From assembly GCF_988242995.1 (NCBI RefSeq), contig NZ_OZ547043.1: DNA of 64,000 bases. The stretch is one strand, 5' to 3'. The stretch's first letter is position 1. Each line of letters starts with the position of its first letter. A program made the translations under genes and the position numbers. Below the pieces are notes generated by a model. It searched no databases and was not told where the DNA came from. It saw only the letters and a program-made list of their open reading frames with translations. Of the stretch, positions 11,667-27,428 are shown piece after piece.

Positions 11667-11878
11667 ATTCAGATGGCAGAAACAGTGTATTTCCTGATTC
11701 TGCCATCCTGATTTCTCCCAACCTAAAAAGTTATAAATAAAAAGAGATTGTATTTAAAGTGCAAAAATTCAATTGCTAATAAGTTACATTTTAATAATGA
11801 GCGTTTTTTGATAGTTATACTTCTATAATGAGATATTTAATGGCGACATAAAATAACCAAATAAAATAAGGTAGCCAT

Positions 11879-12790
11879 ATGTTACCCAGGATCAGACACA
11901 ATAATTTTATTGGTGCGGTGGAGTTATTCGTAAAATCATCGCATACAAAAACACATTCAAACAATTTTTTTAACAATATCCAGCATGCATTTAAGAAAAA
12001 AGATTGGATTTCGAATTATGATAGCCTGTTAACTTTGCGGGAGTTCTTTCGTTGCGCAACTCAGATTGATAAAAGTAGTTATCAGGTGCTTTCATCAAAA
12101 AATGAAAATGTTCACGCCATGGATAAGTTTCTTATCAGTTTCAGCATTAAAGATAACGGTGCCGAATATATAATGACATTGCGAGGCAGTGGGTTTGAAT
12201 ACGAAGAAATTCCCATAACAATAAATGAGTATAACTCATTCATGGATTTCAAAAACCGCGAGTTTCCGTTAGAACAAAACAGAAGATTGTATGCCCGGGA
12301 TATTCTGCAGAAAAAACAGTCTGACATACCGGAAAGGATTAAAGGTTATATTCGCCAGGCGATTGGTGACGTGTCTTTAGGTTATGCCTTATTGGAGGAT
12401 ATAGTAAGCAAATTAAAACGGGGTAAATTTGACCTCCAAATTCCAGGAGGTGGAATTAAAGAATGCGATGGATGGTATATTTACGAAAAAATAATTGATG
12501 ATAATTTTGCCATAGTCATAGAATCTTTGGGCTTTGCGCTTAAAATCTATGGAGGGGATGAACGTTTTCGTAATGGTTCCTCTGTTTTTTTGAAGGATGA
12601 AGATTACTCTCTTATTTATAATTTTCTGGTTAATGCAGGTTGCCAACAAGTCGAATTAGCCGAACAAGTGGATGCGATAGTAAGTGCGAATCTGGCCGCA
12701 GATAGTGATATTACCGAAGAAAAGATTTGCGAGAAATATAAATCGACCATTGAGGCGTTTAAAAAAAAGCAACTAGCGTTACCAGTATGA
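11879..12790 (+). CDS. ytfI: Uncharacterized protein YtfI
   Basis: 303-aa ORF in a strongly AT-rich segment with an AT-rich upstream region; no recognisable domain. Confidence 0.75.
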   Translation: MLPRIRHNNFIGAVELFVKSSHTKTHSNNFFNNIQHAFKKKDWISNYDSLLTLREFFRCATQIDKSSYQVLSSKNENVHAMDKFLISFSIKDNGAEYIMTLRGSGFEYEEIPITINEYNSFMDFKNREFPLEQNRRLYARDILQKKQSDIPERIKGYIRQAIGDVSLGYALLEDIVSKLKRGKFDLQIPGGGIKECDGWYIYEKIIDDNFAIVIESLGFALKIYGGDERFRNGSSVFLKDEDYSLIYNFLVNAGCQQVELAEQVDAIVSANLAADSDITEEKICEKYKSTIEAFKKKQLALPV

Positions 12791-12878
12791 GTTCGGCGTA
12801 AGAACTCAGAGGCTTAATTCCCCTATCCCATAGATAACGATAGGGGAAAATTATTTTGCAGAATTTATGTTATTGCCA

Positions 12879-13433
12879 TTATTTGAGCAACTTTTGCAGC
12901 AGGTCCATCACTTGCTGCACCTCTTCCTGTGTGAGCGCCCCGTCTTTGGCCCATTGCACGCGACCGTCTTTATCCAGCACCACTACAGCGGAACTTTCTT
13001 CATCCAGCTGCCAGGCACCGCGCGCGACGCCATTGCTATCGACAATAAACTGCGACCAGGGATAAAGCTTTTTATTACTTTCCAGACTGCTGCGCACAAA
13101 CATGCCGGAACCCGGAATTGCGTCGTCGGTGTTAACAATGGTGGTGGTCTGGTAACGATCGTGCGGTAACTTTGCTGATTTAATCGCTTCAATCAGCGTC
13201 GCGTTTTTCTCTTTTGCAGAGGTGCGACCAGCAATATGTTGCAGTACTCGCACTTTTCCCACTAACTGCGCGCTGTTCCAGGTTTTGTAGCTAAACTGAT
13301 CTTTATCAAGCACCAACTCGCCCCGATCGGTAATGCCAATCGGCGGCACTCGCTGACCGGTTTCGAACTGATGTGCGGAAGCCATCATCGGCAACAGCAG
13401 GCAGGTGAGTGCCAGAATCTTGCGTAGGGTCAT
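12879..13433 (-). CDS. ytfJ: Periplasmic protein YtfJ
   Basis: 184-aa ORF with signal peptide MTLRKILALTCLLLPMMASA. Confidence 0.9.
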   Translation of the reverse strand: MTLRKILALTCLLLPMMASAHQFETGQRVPPIGITDRGELVLDKDQFSYKTWNSAQLVGKVRVLQHIAGRTSAKEKNATLIEAIKSAKLPHDRYQTTTIVNTDDAIPGSGMFVRSSLESNKKLYPWSQFIVDSNGVARGAWQLDEESSAVVVLDKDGRVQWAKDGALTQEEVQQVMDLLQKLLK

Positions 13434-13757
13434 GGTGTTTCCTTCTTATGATATGCAGGTGATCCGACCACTTGGGTCTGAGTTTTAATCATATGTGCTA
13501 TTTATCGAATTTCCCGCAAGTGTGATGCCAGTTTGCGGTCAAGCGCACAAATCATATGAAAAATGAATGCTTATACTGAAGACCGCGCTTCGGTAAAAAG
13601 ATAATTCTGAATAATTGTAACCTTTAGGTAAAAAAAGTTATACGCGGTGGAAACATTGCCCGGATAGTCTATAGTCACTAAGCATTAAAATTTGCGCCTC
13701 ATAATAGTTGGGCCGATTGTGGCACCGCACAGGCGTAATACTCAGCAGGAGATAACA

Positions 13758-13964
13758 ATGAAAATTTTCCAACGATACAACCCACTTCAGGTGGCGAAGT
13801 ACGTAAAGATCCTGTTCCGTGGACGGTTATACATCAAGGACGTTGGCGCTTTTGAATTTGATAAGGGTAAGATTCTTATCCCAAAAGTGAAGGATAAGCT
13901 GCATTTGTCAGTGATGTCCGAAGTTAACCGTCAGGTTATGCGTCTGCAAACAGAGATGGCTTAA
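13758..13964 (+). CDS. ytfK: Small protein YtfK
   Basis: 68-aa product [34 protein letters not shown]... with a GAGA Shine-Dalgarno; internal ATG chosen within track ORF 13692-13964. Confidence 0.9.
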
Positions 13965-13991
13965 CCAAAGTGCTATGCAGTAAATAAATAT

Positions 13992-14015
13992 CCTCCGGCA
14001 TAGCCGGAGGTTTTT
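13992..14015 (+). terminator. Rho-independent terminator after ytfK
   Basis: Stem cctccggc/gccggagg with a 3-nt loop followed by TTTTT. Confidence 0.85.
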
Positions 14016-14016
14016 C

Positions 14017-14735
14017 AAATGCGCCTGTAAGGCTCTGTTACCAGCCGCGCCCTAACAGGCGCATACGATCTGACATTTGCATTCAACTTCGTTACTTACG
14101 GCCCGTAAACGGGCTGCCCGGATATGGAATCGATAACTGCTCCCCCATTTTATCCTCTTCAAGCTGGTGCTTTATGTAGTCACGTATCTTCGCCGTGTTC
14201 TTACCCACCGTATCGACATAGTACCCTCGGCACCAGAACTCCCTGTTTCTGTATTTGAATTTCAAATCCCCAAACTGCTCGTAAAGCATCAGACTGCTTT
14301 TCCCTTTCAGATATCCCATAAAGCCGGATACGCTCATTTTGGGTGGGATTTCCACAAGCATATGGATATGATCTGCGCAGCACTCTGCTTCCAGAATCCG
14401 TACGCTTTTCCACTCACACAGCTTTCTCAAAATACTGCCTATCGCCCTACGCTTCTCTCCGTAAAACGCCAGTCTTCGGTATTTCGGCGCAAAAACTATG
14501 TGATATTTACAGTTCCAGCGGGTGTGCGCTAAGCTCTTTTCGTCCCCCATTGGGACCCCCTTTTGATTTCTTGTTTGACACTTGCAGTTGCCAGACCGCA
14601 AGGTGTTTTAACAAATCAAAAGGGGTTTTAATAACTGGCTCAAAGCTGAAAGCTTTCCGGAACCCCCAGCCTAGCTGGGGGTTTTCTGTGCACAATAAGA
14701 CGGCTCCTGATTCAGGAGCCGTTGATGTTTCTGGG
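14017..14735 (-). mobile_element. IS200-like insertion sequence (IS200/IS605 family); boundaries approximate
   Basis: About 0.7 kb unit carrying a single HUH Y1 transposase, subterminal hairpins at both ends and no terminal inverted repeats, lying between ytfK and ytfL. Confidence 0.8.
14092..14550 (-). CDS. tnpA: IS200-family Y1 (HUH) transposase TnpA
   Basis: 152-aa product MGDEKSLAHTRWNCKYHIVFAPKYRR...HIHMLVEIPPK...SPFTGRK with the HUH motif; RBS sequestered in an upstream hairpin. Confidence 0.92.
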   Translation of the reverse strand: MGDEKSLAHTRWNCKYHIVFAPKYRRLAFYGEKRRAIGSILRKLCEWKSVRILEAECCADHIHMLVEIPPKMSVSGFMGYLKGKSSLMLYEQFGDLKFKYRNREFWCRGYYVDTVGKNTAKIRDYIKHQLEEDKMGEQLSIPYPGSPFTGRK

Positions 14736-14737
14736 GG

Positions 14738-16081
14738 TTACGCGACGCTTTCTTCTTTATCTTTAGCATCAGGCAATTTTGGCGAAAGGGCGGTGGCCTT
14801 GCTGTCGATTCGGGTCACCAGCAGCTGGTCGATGCGGTAGTTATCGATATCCACCACTTCAAATTTGTAGCCGGCGAATTTCACCGAATCGGTGCGTTTC
14901 GGGATCTTACGCAGCATAAACATCATAAAGCCGCCGATGGTTTCGTAGTTGCCCGACTGCGGGAACTCGTCAATATCCAGCACGCGCATGACGTCGTCAA
15001 TCGGAGTGCCGCCGTCAATCAGCCATGAGTTCTCATCACGGGCGACAATCTGCTCTTCCAGCCCCTGACCGACCAGATCGCCCATCAGCGTGGTCATCAC
15101 GTCGTTGAGGGTGATGATCCCCACTACCAGCGCGTACTCGTTCATGATCACCGCGAAGTCTTCACCTGCGGTTTTAAAACTTTCCAACGCCTCTGAAAGG
15201 GTTAACGTATCCGGCACAATCAGCGTGTTGCGAATTTGTACGCCGCTGTTCAGTGCCAGGCTTTGGTTAGCCAGCACGCGGTTCAGCAGGTCTTTAGAAT
15301 CGACATAGCCGATGATGTGGTCAATATCTTCATTACAGACGAGGAACTTAGAGTGCGGATGTTCCGCCACCTTATTCTTCAGACTTTGCTCATCTTCGTG
15401 GAGATCAAACCAAATCACGTTTTCACGCGGTGTCATTGACGACGGAACGGTACGGGATTCCAGCTCAAAGACGTTTTCAATCAGCTCGTGTTCCTGTTTA
15501 CGTAACACGCCCGCCAGCGCACCGGCTTCCACTACCGCGTAGATGTCATCAGAAGTGATGTCATCTTTACGTACCATTGGCAGTTTGAAAATACGGAAGA
15601 TCATGTTCGCCAGGCCGTTGAAGAACCACACCAGCGGGGTGCAAACGTACAGGCAGAAGCGCATCGGGTTGATGATACGCAAAGCCACTGCTTCTGGCGC
15701 AATCATACCGATGCGTTTCGGGGTTAAATCCGCAAACAGGATAAACATGCCAGTCACTAACGAGAAAGAGAGAATAAAGCTCAGTTGCTCAGAGAGTTCT
15801 GCCGACATATAGCGGGAGAACAGGCTGTGAAAAGCTGGAGAAAATGCCGCATCACCGACGATACCGCCGAGAATCGCCACTGCGTTCAGACCGATTTGGA
15901 CCACGGTAAAGAACATGCCGGGATTTTCCTGCATATTCAGAACGCGTTGGGCATTTATATTGCCTTCATCAGCCAGCAGTTTAAGTTTGATTTTGCGTGA
16001 GGCCGCAAGCGAGATCTCGGACATCGAGAAGAACGCACTTACAGCGATCAAGCAGAGTATGACTAAAATACTGTTTAACAT
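14738..16081 (-). CDS. ytfL: CNNM/CorC-family inner membrane protein (DUF21-CBS-CorC_HlyC)
   Basis: 447-aa ORF with an N-terminal membrane domain followed by CBS pair and CorC/HlyC transporter-associated domain. Confidence 0.93.
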   Translation of the reverse strand: MLNSILVILCLIAVSAFFSMSEISLAASRKIKLKLLADEGNINAQRVLNMQENPGMFFTVVQIGLNAVAILGGIVGDAAFSPAFHSLFSRYMSAELSEQLSFILSFSLVTGMFILFADLTPKRIGMIAPEAVALRIINPMRFCLYVCTPLVWFFNGLANMIFRIFKLPMVRKDDITSDDIYAVVEAGALAGVLRKQEHELIENVFELESRTVPSSMTPRENVIWFDLHEDEQSLKNKVAEHPHSKFLVCNEDIDHIIGYVDSKDLLNRVLANQSLALNSGVQIRNTLIVPDTLTLSEALESFKTAGEDFAVIMNEYALVVGIITLNDVMTTLMGDLVGQGLEEQIVARDENSWLIDGGTPIDDVMRVLDIDEFPQSGNYETIGGFMMFMLRKIPKRTDSVKFAGYKFEVVDIDNYRIDQLLVTRIDSKATALSPKLPDAKDKEESVA

Positions 16082-16257
16082 ATCTTATCCGACCTTTCAG
16101 GCCAGATCCTCGGAAGGGGAAGTTGATTAATTTGTGTGAAATACACATTGAAAGCCGATTCGAAGAAAGTGAACCGGCATTTTCAGTGGCTAGTATAGCG
16201 TAAGGTACTGTAAAGCCGCCAGAGGGTTAAAATTCAGACTGCTGATAAATGCAAAAC

Positions 16258-16365
16258 TGCCTGATGCGCTATGCCGATCAGGCCTACGCAGTCCCCACAA
16301 TATATTGATTTTGGACGATTTTGTAGGCCTGGCAAGGCGTTTACGCCGCATCCGGCATAGACAAA
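16258..16365. repeat. REP elements
   Basis: GCCTGATGCG...GATCAGGCCTAC and CGCATCCGGC palindromic units between ytfL and msrA. Confidence 0.8.
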
Positions 16366-16403
16366 TAGCACTTTATCAACAATCTACATTTGTACCCGTA
16401 ACG

Positions 16404-17042
16404 CTATGCTTCCGGCGGCAGACAGACGCCAATTCCGCCAATTCCACAGTAACCATACGGGTTTTTATGCAGATATTGCTGGTGGTCATCTTCGGCATAA
16501 TAAAACGGTGTGGCGTTCGCGATTTCCGTGGTGATGTGACGATCGTCATCGGCGGCAAGCATCGCCGCCTGAAAACGTTCCAGACTGGCGCGAGCTGCGG
16601 CATCCTGTTCTGGGGTCAGCGGATAAATCGCTGAACGATACTGCGTGCCGTGGTCATTGCCCTGACGCATTCCCTGGGCGGGATCGTGATTCTCCCAAAA
16701 TACTTGTAGCAACTGTTCATAGCTGATGACGGAAGGATCGTAAACAATGCGTACCGCTTCGGCATGACCCGTATCACCGGAGCACACTTCCCGATAAGTC
16801 GGATTTGGCGTATAGCCGCCGGTATAGCCTGCGGCGGTGCTGTAAACGCCGGGTAACTGCCAGAACAGTCGCTCCACACCCCAGAAACAACCCATCGCAA
16901 AAATGGCAATCTCCATTCCGTCAGGTACATTGGTCATTGAGTGACCGTTGACCGCATGCAGCGTGGCTACGGGCATCGGGGTGTTACGTCCAGGCAGGGC
17001 ATCGGCGGGGGAAACCAGATGCTTTTTATCAAATAAACTCAT
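16404..17042 (-). CDS. msrA: Peptide methionine sulfoxide reductase A
   Basis: 212-aa product [16 protein letters not shown]... with the GCFWG active-site motif; internal start chosen within track ORF 16404-17108. Confidence 0.95.
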
Positions 17043-17205
17043 GGTGTCGCTCTCCCGAAAATCGGTCATTGGGGTTAAGGTTGTAACAAGAGGCGTATTT
17101 GCACACAATAACCACCGTGAATAGGTCTAAAGTAAAACATAAGAAATATTTGGGGTTTAGTCTGCTTTTTAATCCATATTACTGGATTTTTGTTAAGCCG
17201 TTTAA

Positions 17206-22757
<5,552 letters not shown>

Positions 22758-22759
22758 CA

Positions 22760-23101
22760 ATGCGAATATTTGTCTACGGCAGTTTACGCCACAAACAAGG
22801 CAACAGTCACTGGATGACCAATGCCCAGTTACTGGGCGATTTCAGTATCGATAACTACCAGTTGTATAGCCTGGGCCACTATCCAGGCGCAGTTCCGGGG
22901 AACGGAACAGTACACGGTGAAGTTTATCGTATTGATAACGCCACGCTGGCCGAACTTGATGCCTTGCGCACCAGGGGCGGTGAATACGCGCGCCAGTTGA
23001 TTCAGACGCCGTACGGGAGTGCATGGATGTACGTTTATCAACGACCCGTCGATGGATTAAAGCTAATTGAAAGCGGCGACTGGTTAGACAGGGATAAGTA
23101 A
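22760..23101 (+). CDS. ytfP: Gamma-glutamylcyclotransferase-family protein YtfP
   Basis: 113-aa ORF MRIFVYGSLRHKQGNSHWM... with the AIG2-like YGSL motif; starts 2 nt after tamB. Confidence 0.92.
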   Translation: MRIFVYGSLRHKQGNSHWMTNAQLLGDFSIDNYQLYSLGHYPGAVPGNGTVHGEVYRIDNATLAELDALRTRGGEYARQLIQTPYGSAWMYVYQRPVDGLKLIESGDWLDRDK

Positions 23102-23112
23102 CCATACGCATA

Positions 23113-23140
23113 CGCCACCTTCGGGTGGCGTTGTTTTTTG
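23113..23140 (+). terminator. Rho-independent terminator after ytfP (end of tamA-tamB-ytfP operon)
   Basis: Stem cgccacc/ggtggcg with loop ttcg followed by TTGTTTTTT. Confidence 0.85.
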
Positions 23141-23280
23141 CGAGACGACTCGCATTCTGTTTTGTAATTCCCTCACCTTTTGCTTTTCTCTCCGAGCCGC
23201 TTTCCATATCTGTTAACGCATAAAAAACTCTGCTGGCGTTCACAAATGCGCAGGGGTAAAACGTTTCCTGTAGTACCGTG

Positions 23281-23300
23281 AGTTATACTTTGTATAACTT
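23281..23300. promoter_or_regulatory. Candidate chpSB operator
   Basis: Inverted repeat AGTTATAC-N3-GTATAACT about 13 bp upstream of the chpS ribosome-binding site. Confidence 0.5.
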
Positions 23301-23312
23301 AAGGAGGTGCAG

Positions 23313-23564
23313 ATGCGTATTACCATAAAAAGATGGGGGAACAGTTCAGGTATGGTCATTCCTAATGTTGTGATGAAAGAACTTAACTTACGGCCGGGGC
23401 AGAGCGTGGAGGCGCAAGTGAGCAACAATCAACTGATTCTGACACCCATCTCCAGGCGCTACTCGCTTGATGAACTGCTGGCACAGTGTGACATGAACGC
23501 CACGGAACTTAGCGAGCAGGATGTCTGGGGTAAATCCACCCCTGCGGGTGACGAAATATGGTAA
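23313..23564 (+). CDS. chpS: Antitoxin ChpS (MazE-like, AbrB/SpoVT fold)
   Basis: 83-aa product MRITIKRWGNSSGMVIPNVVMKELNL... preceded by AGGAGG; overlaps chpB by 7 nt. Confidence 0.93.
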   Translation: MRITIKRWGNSSGMVIPNVVMKELNLRPGQSVEAQVSNNQLILTPISRRYSLDELLAQCDMNATELSEQDVWGKSTPAGDEIW

Positions 23565-23908
23565 AGAAAAGTGAATTTGAACGGGGAGACATTGTGCTGG
23601 TTGGCTTTGATCCAGCAAGCGGCCATGAACAGCAAGGTGCTGGTCGACCTGCGCTTGTGCTCTCCGTTCAAGCCTTTAATCAACTGGGAATGACGCTGGT
23701 GGCCCCCATTACGCAGGGCGGAAATTTTGCCCGTTATGCCGGATTTAGCGTTCCTTTACATTGCGAAGAAGGCGATGTGCACGGCGTGGTGCTGGTGAAT
23801 CAGGTGCGGATGATGGATCTACGCGCCCGGCTGGCAAAGCGTATTGGTCTGGCTGCGGGTGAGGTGGTGGAAGAGGCGTTATTACGTTTGCAGGCGGTGG
23901 TGGAATAA
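23558..23908 (+). CDS. chpB: Toxin ChpB (MazF/PemK-family endoribonuclease)
   Basis: 116-aa ORF MVKKSEFERGDIVLVGFDPASGHEQQG... with the PemK/MazF fold signature. Confidence 0.93.
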   Translation: MVKKSEFERGDIVLVGFDPASGHEQQGAGRPALVLSVQAFNQLGMTLVAPITQGGNFARYAGFSVPLHCEEGDVHGVVLVNQVRMMDLRARLAKRIGLAAGEVVEEALLRLQAVVE

Positions 23909-23986
23909 GGTGTGTTTATTTATCGCGGGCATAAAAAACCCCTACTAACCGAAGCCCGGCGTTCAGGGTTATTACGCTAGAAGAAC

Positions 23987-24517
23987 TTATTTATTCTTTG
24001 CGCGCTCGAAGGAGGCAACGATTTCAGCTTTAGCGGCTTCTGCGTTTTCCCAGCCTTCAACTTTCACCCACTTGCCTTTTTCGAGGTCTTTGTAGTGCTC
24101 GAAGAAGTGAGCGATCTGTGCTTTCAGCAGTTCAGGCAGATCGTTAACGTCTTTAATGTGATCGTATTCTTTGCTCAGCTTGCTGTGCGGAACCGCAACC
24201 AGTTTCGCATCTTCACCGGCTTCGTCGGTCATTTTCAGAACGCCAACAGGACGGCAACGGATCACAGAACCCGGCTGCAGCGGGTACGGAGTCGGGACCA
24301 GTACGTCAACCGGGTCACCGTCCAGAGACAGGGTGTGGTTGATGTAACCGTAGTTGCACGGATAGAACATCGCGGTGGACATGAAGCGGTCAACGAACAG
24401 TGCGCCGCTCTCTTTGTCGATTTCGTATTTGATCGGATCTGCGTTAGCCGGGATCTCAATAACAACGTAGATGTCTTCCGGCAGATCTTTACCCGCAGGG
24501 ACGTTGAGTAAGCTCAT
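23987..24517 (-). CDS. ppa: Inorganic pyrophosphatase
   Basis: 176-aa [48 protein letters not shown]... Confidence 0.97.
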   Translation of the reverse strand: MSLLNVPAGKDLPEDIYVVIEIPANADPIKYEIDKESGALFVDRFMSTAMFYPCNYGYINHTLSLDGDPVDVLVPTPYPLQPGSVIRCRPVGVLKMTDEAGEDAKLVAVPHSKLSKEYDHIKDVNDLPELLKAQIAHFFEHYKDLEKGKWVKVEGWENAEAAKAEIVASFERAKNK

Positions 24518-24826
24518 GTCTGTTTCCTTTAAAAATATGTGGCAAACAAGTGCCGAGTATTATAGCCAACTCGCGCCGAATGTCTTCGCTTGTTTTCTTC
24601 TTCATTTTCCTTTTTAGCCAGTTTTAAGATGGTTTAAAGAGCAGGAAAATCCATAACCGTAGCCGCATTTTTCATAGTGAGATGAAAGCGATTACAAACT
24701 TGTGATTAACGTTTTATTTACTTTTTTGAAGTGTGATGTAACGCAATCCGTTACATAACGAATTGTCTATAGTTTTTTCGCGAACATCTTTTCACCAATA
24801 ATAATTACCCCGACGAGGACAACCCT

Positions 24827-25783
24827 ATGTGGAAACGCTTACTTGTAGTCTCTGCAGTCTCGGCAGCCATGTCGTCTATGGCGTTGGCAGCTCCATTAAC
24901 CGTAGGATTTTCGCAGGTCGGATCGGAATCCGGCTGGCGCGCCGCAGAAACCAATGTGGCGAAAAGTGAAGCCGAAAAGCGCGGAATTACGTTGAAAATT
25001 GCCGATGGTCAGCAAAAGCAGGAAAACCAGATTAAAGCGGTACGTTCCTTCGTCGCGCAAGGGGTGGATGCGATCTTTATCGCTCCGGTGGTAGCGACCG
25101 GTTGGGAGCCGGTATTAAAAGAGGCGAAAGATGCCGAAATCCCGGTCTTCTTGCTTGACCGTTCCATCGATGTGAAAGACAAATCTCTCTATATGACCAC
25201 TGTCACCGCCGACAACATCCTCGAAGGCAAGTTGATTGGTGACTGGCTGGTAAAAGAAGTGAATGGCAAACCATGCAACGTGGTGGAGTTGCAAGGCACC
25301 GTTGGGGCCAGCGTCGCCATTGACCGTAAGAAAGGCTTTGCCGAAGCCATTAAGAATGCGCCAAATATCAAAATTATCCGCTCGCAGTCAGGTGACTTCA
25401 CCCGCAGCAAAGGCAAAGAAGTGATGGAGAGCTTTATCAAAGCGGAAAACAACGGCAAAAACATCTGCATGGTTTACGCCCATAACGATGACATGGTGAT
25501 TGGTGCAATTCAGGCAATTAAAGAAGCGGGCCTGAAACCGGGCAAAGATATCCTGACAGGCTCTATCGACGGCGTGCCGGACATCTACAAAGCGATGATT
25601 GATGGCGAAGCGAACGCCAGTGTTGAACTGACGCCGAATATGGCAGGTCCCGCCTTCGACGCGCTGGAGAAATACAAAAAAGACGGCACCATGCCTGAAA
25701 AGCTGACCCTGACCAAGTCCACCCTTTACCTGCCTGATACCGCAAAAGAAGAGTTAGAGAAGAAGAAAAACATGGGGTATTGA
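24827..25783 (+). CDS. ytfQ: Periplasmic sugar (galactofuranose) binding protein of ABC transporter
   Basis: 318-aa ORF with signal peptide and type-I periplasmic binding fold; first gene of the ytfQRT-yjfF cluster. Confidence 0.93.
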   Translation: MWKRLLVVSAVSAAMSSMALAAPLTVGFSQVGSESGWRAAETNVAKSEAEKRGITLKIADGQQKQENQIKAVRSFVAQGVDAIFIAPVVATGWEPVLKEAKDAEIPVFLLDRSIDVKDKSLYMTTVTADNILEGKLIGDWLVKEVNGKPCNVVELQGTVGASVAIDRKKGFAEAIKNAPNIKIIRSQSGDFTRSKGKEVMESFIKAENNGKNICMVYAHNDDMVIGAIQAIKEAGLKPGKDILTGSIDGVPDIYKAMIDGEANASVELTPNMAGPAFDALEKYKKDGTMPEKLTLTKSTLYLPDTAKEELEKKKNMGY

Positions 25784-25789
25784 GGGGCA

Positions 25790-25890
25790 TCAATGCCTGA
25801 TGCCGACTTGTGGGCCGCCGGATAAGGCATTCACGCCGCATCCGGCGGTTGTGCGAGATGCCTGATGCGACGCAGTTGTGTCTTATCTGG
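25790..25890. repeat. REP elements
   Basis: GCCTGATGCCG, CGGATAAGGC and CGCCGCATCCGGCG palindromic units between ytfQ and ytfR. Confidence 0.8.
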
Positions 25891-25915
25891 CGCACGCTTT
25901 ACAACGGGGGAAACT

Positions 25916-27418
25916 ATGAATACTAACCAACACCAGGAAATCCTCCGCACCGAAGGATTAAGTAAATTTTTCCCCGGCGTCAAAGCGTTAGATAACGTTA
26001 ATTTCAGCCTGCGCCGTGGTGAAATCATGGCGCTGCTCGGTGAAAACGGGGCGGGAAAATCAACGCTAATCAAAGCCTTAACCGGTGTCTACCACGCCGA
26101 TCGTGGCACCATCTGGCTGGAAGGCCAGACTATCTCACCGAAAAATACCGCCCACGCACAACAACTCGGCATCGGCACCGTCTATCAGGAAGTCAACCTG
26201 CTACCCAATATGTCGGTCGCTGATAATCTATTCATAGGTCGCGAACCCAAACGTTTCGGCCTTCTACGCCGTAAAGAGATGGAAAAGCGCGCCACCGAAC
26301 TGATGGCATCTTACGGTTTCTCCCTCGACGTGCGCGAACCGCTCAACCGCTTTTCAGTGGCGATGCAGCAAATCGTCGCCATTTGCCGGGCTATCGATCT
26401 CTCTGCCAAAGTGCTGATCCTCGATGAACCCACTGCCAGTCTCGACACTCAGGAAGTAGAGTTACTGTTTGGCCTGATGCGTCAGTTGCGCGATCGCGGC
26501 GTCAGCCTGATCTTTGTCACTCACTTTCTCGATCAGGTCTATCAGGTCAGCGATCGGATCACCGTCTTACGCAACGGCAGTTTCGTAGGCTGTCGGGAAA
26601 CCCGCGAGCTACCGCAGATCGAACTGGTAAAAATGATGCTGGGGCGCGAGCTGGGCACCCACGCGCTACAGCGTGCCGGACGAACATTGCTGAGCGACAA
26701 ACCCGTTGCCGCGTTCAAAAATTACGGCAAAAAAGGAACGATCGCACCGTTTGATCTCGAAGTACGCCCCGGCGAGATCGTTGGCCTGGCAGGCTTGCTG
26801 GGATCAGGACGTACCGAAACCGCCGAAGTGATCTTCGGGATCAAACCTGCTGACAGCGGCACGGCGTTGATCAAAGGCAAACAGCAAACCCTGCGATCGC
26901 CACATCAGGCTTCGGTACTGGGTATCGGCTTCTGCCCGGAAGACAGGAAAACCGATGGCATCATCGCCGCCGCCTCGGTGCGGGAAAATATCATCCTCGC
27001 TCTCCAGGCCCAGCGCGGCTGGCTGCGACCAATTTCCCGCAAAGAGCAGCAAGAGATTGCCGAACGCTTTATCCGCCAGCTTGGCATTCGCACACCTTCC
27101 ACCGAACAACCGATTGAATTTCTCTCCGGCGGCAATCAGCAAAAAGTGTTGCTTTCACGTTGGCTACTGACCCGACCGCAATTTCTGATCCTCGACGAGC
27201 CAACGCGCGGAATTGATGTTGGTGCCCACGCCGAGATCATCCGCCTGATTGAAACGCTGTGCGCCGATGGGCTGGCGCTGCTGGTGATCTCCTCCGAGCT
27301 GGAAGAGCTGGTGGGCTATGCCGACCGGGTGATTATCATGCGCGATCGCAAACAGGTGGCGGAGATCCCGCTGGCAGAGCTTTCCGTTCCGGCGATCATG
27401 AACGCCATTGCGGCGTAA
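25916..27418 (+). CDS. ytfR: Sugar ABC transporter ATP-binding protein (tandem ABC domains)
   Basis: About 500-aa product MNTNQHQEILRTEGLSKFFPGVKAL... with two Walker A/B plus LSGG modules; internal start chosen within track ORF 25865-27418. Confidence 0.93.
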   Translation: MNTNQHQEILRTEGLSKFFPGVKALDNVNFSLRRGEIMALLGENGAGKSTLIKALTGVYHADRGTIWLEGQTISPKNTAHAQQLGIGTVYQEVNLLPNMSVADNLFIGREPKRFGLLRRKEMEKRATELMASYGFSLDVREPLNRFSVAMQQIVAICRAIDLSAKVLILDEPTASLDTQEVELLFGLMRQLRDRGVSLIFVTHFLDQVYQVSDRITVLRNGSFVGCRETRELPQIELVKMMLGRELGTHALQRAGRTLLSDKPVAAFKNYGKKGTIAPFDLEVRPGEIVGLAGLLGSGRTETAEVIFGIKPADSGTALIKGKQQTLRSPHQASVLGIGFCPEDRKTDGIIAAASVRENIILALQAQRGWLRPISRKEQQEIAERFIRQLGIRTPSTEQPIEFLSGGNQQKVLLSRWLLTRPQFLILDEPTRGIDVGAHAEIIRLIETLCADGLALLVISSELEELVGYADRVIIMRDRKQVAEIPLAELSVPAIMNAIAA

Positions 27419-27428
27419 GGAGAACAGT

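Noticed and set aside
13434-13757. Possible Pho box upstream of ytfK
   Set aside because: I looked for a CTGTCATA-type direct repeat and could not find a convincing match by eye, so no site is reported.
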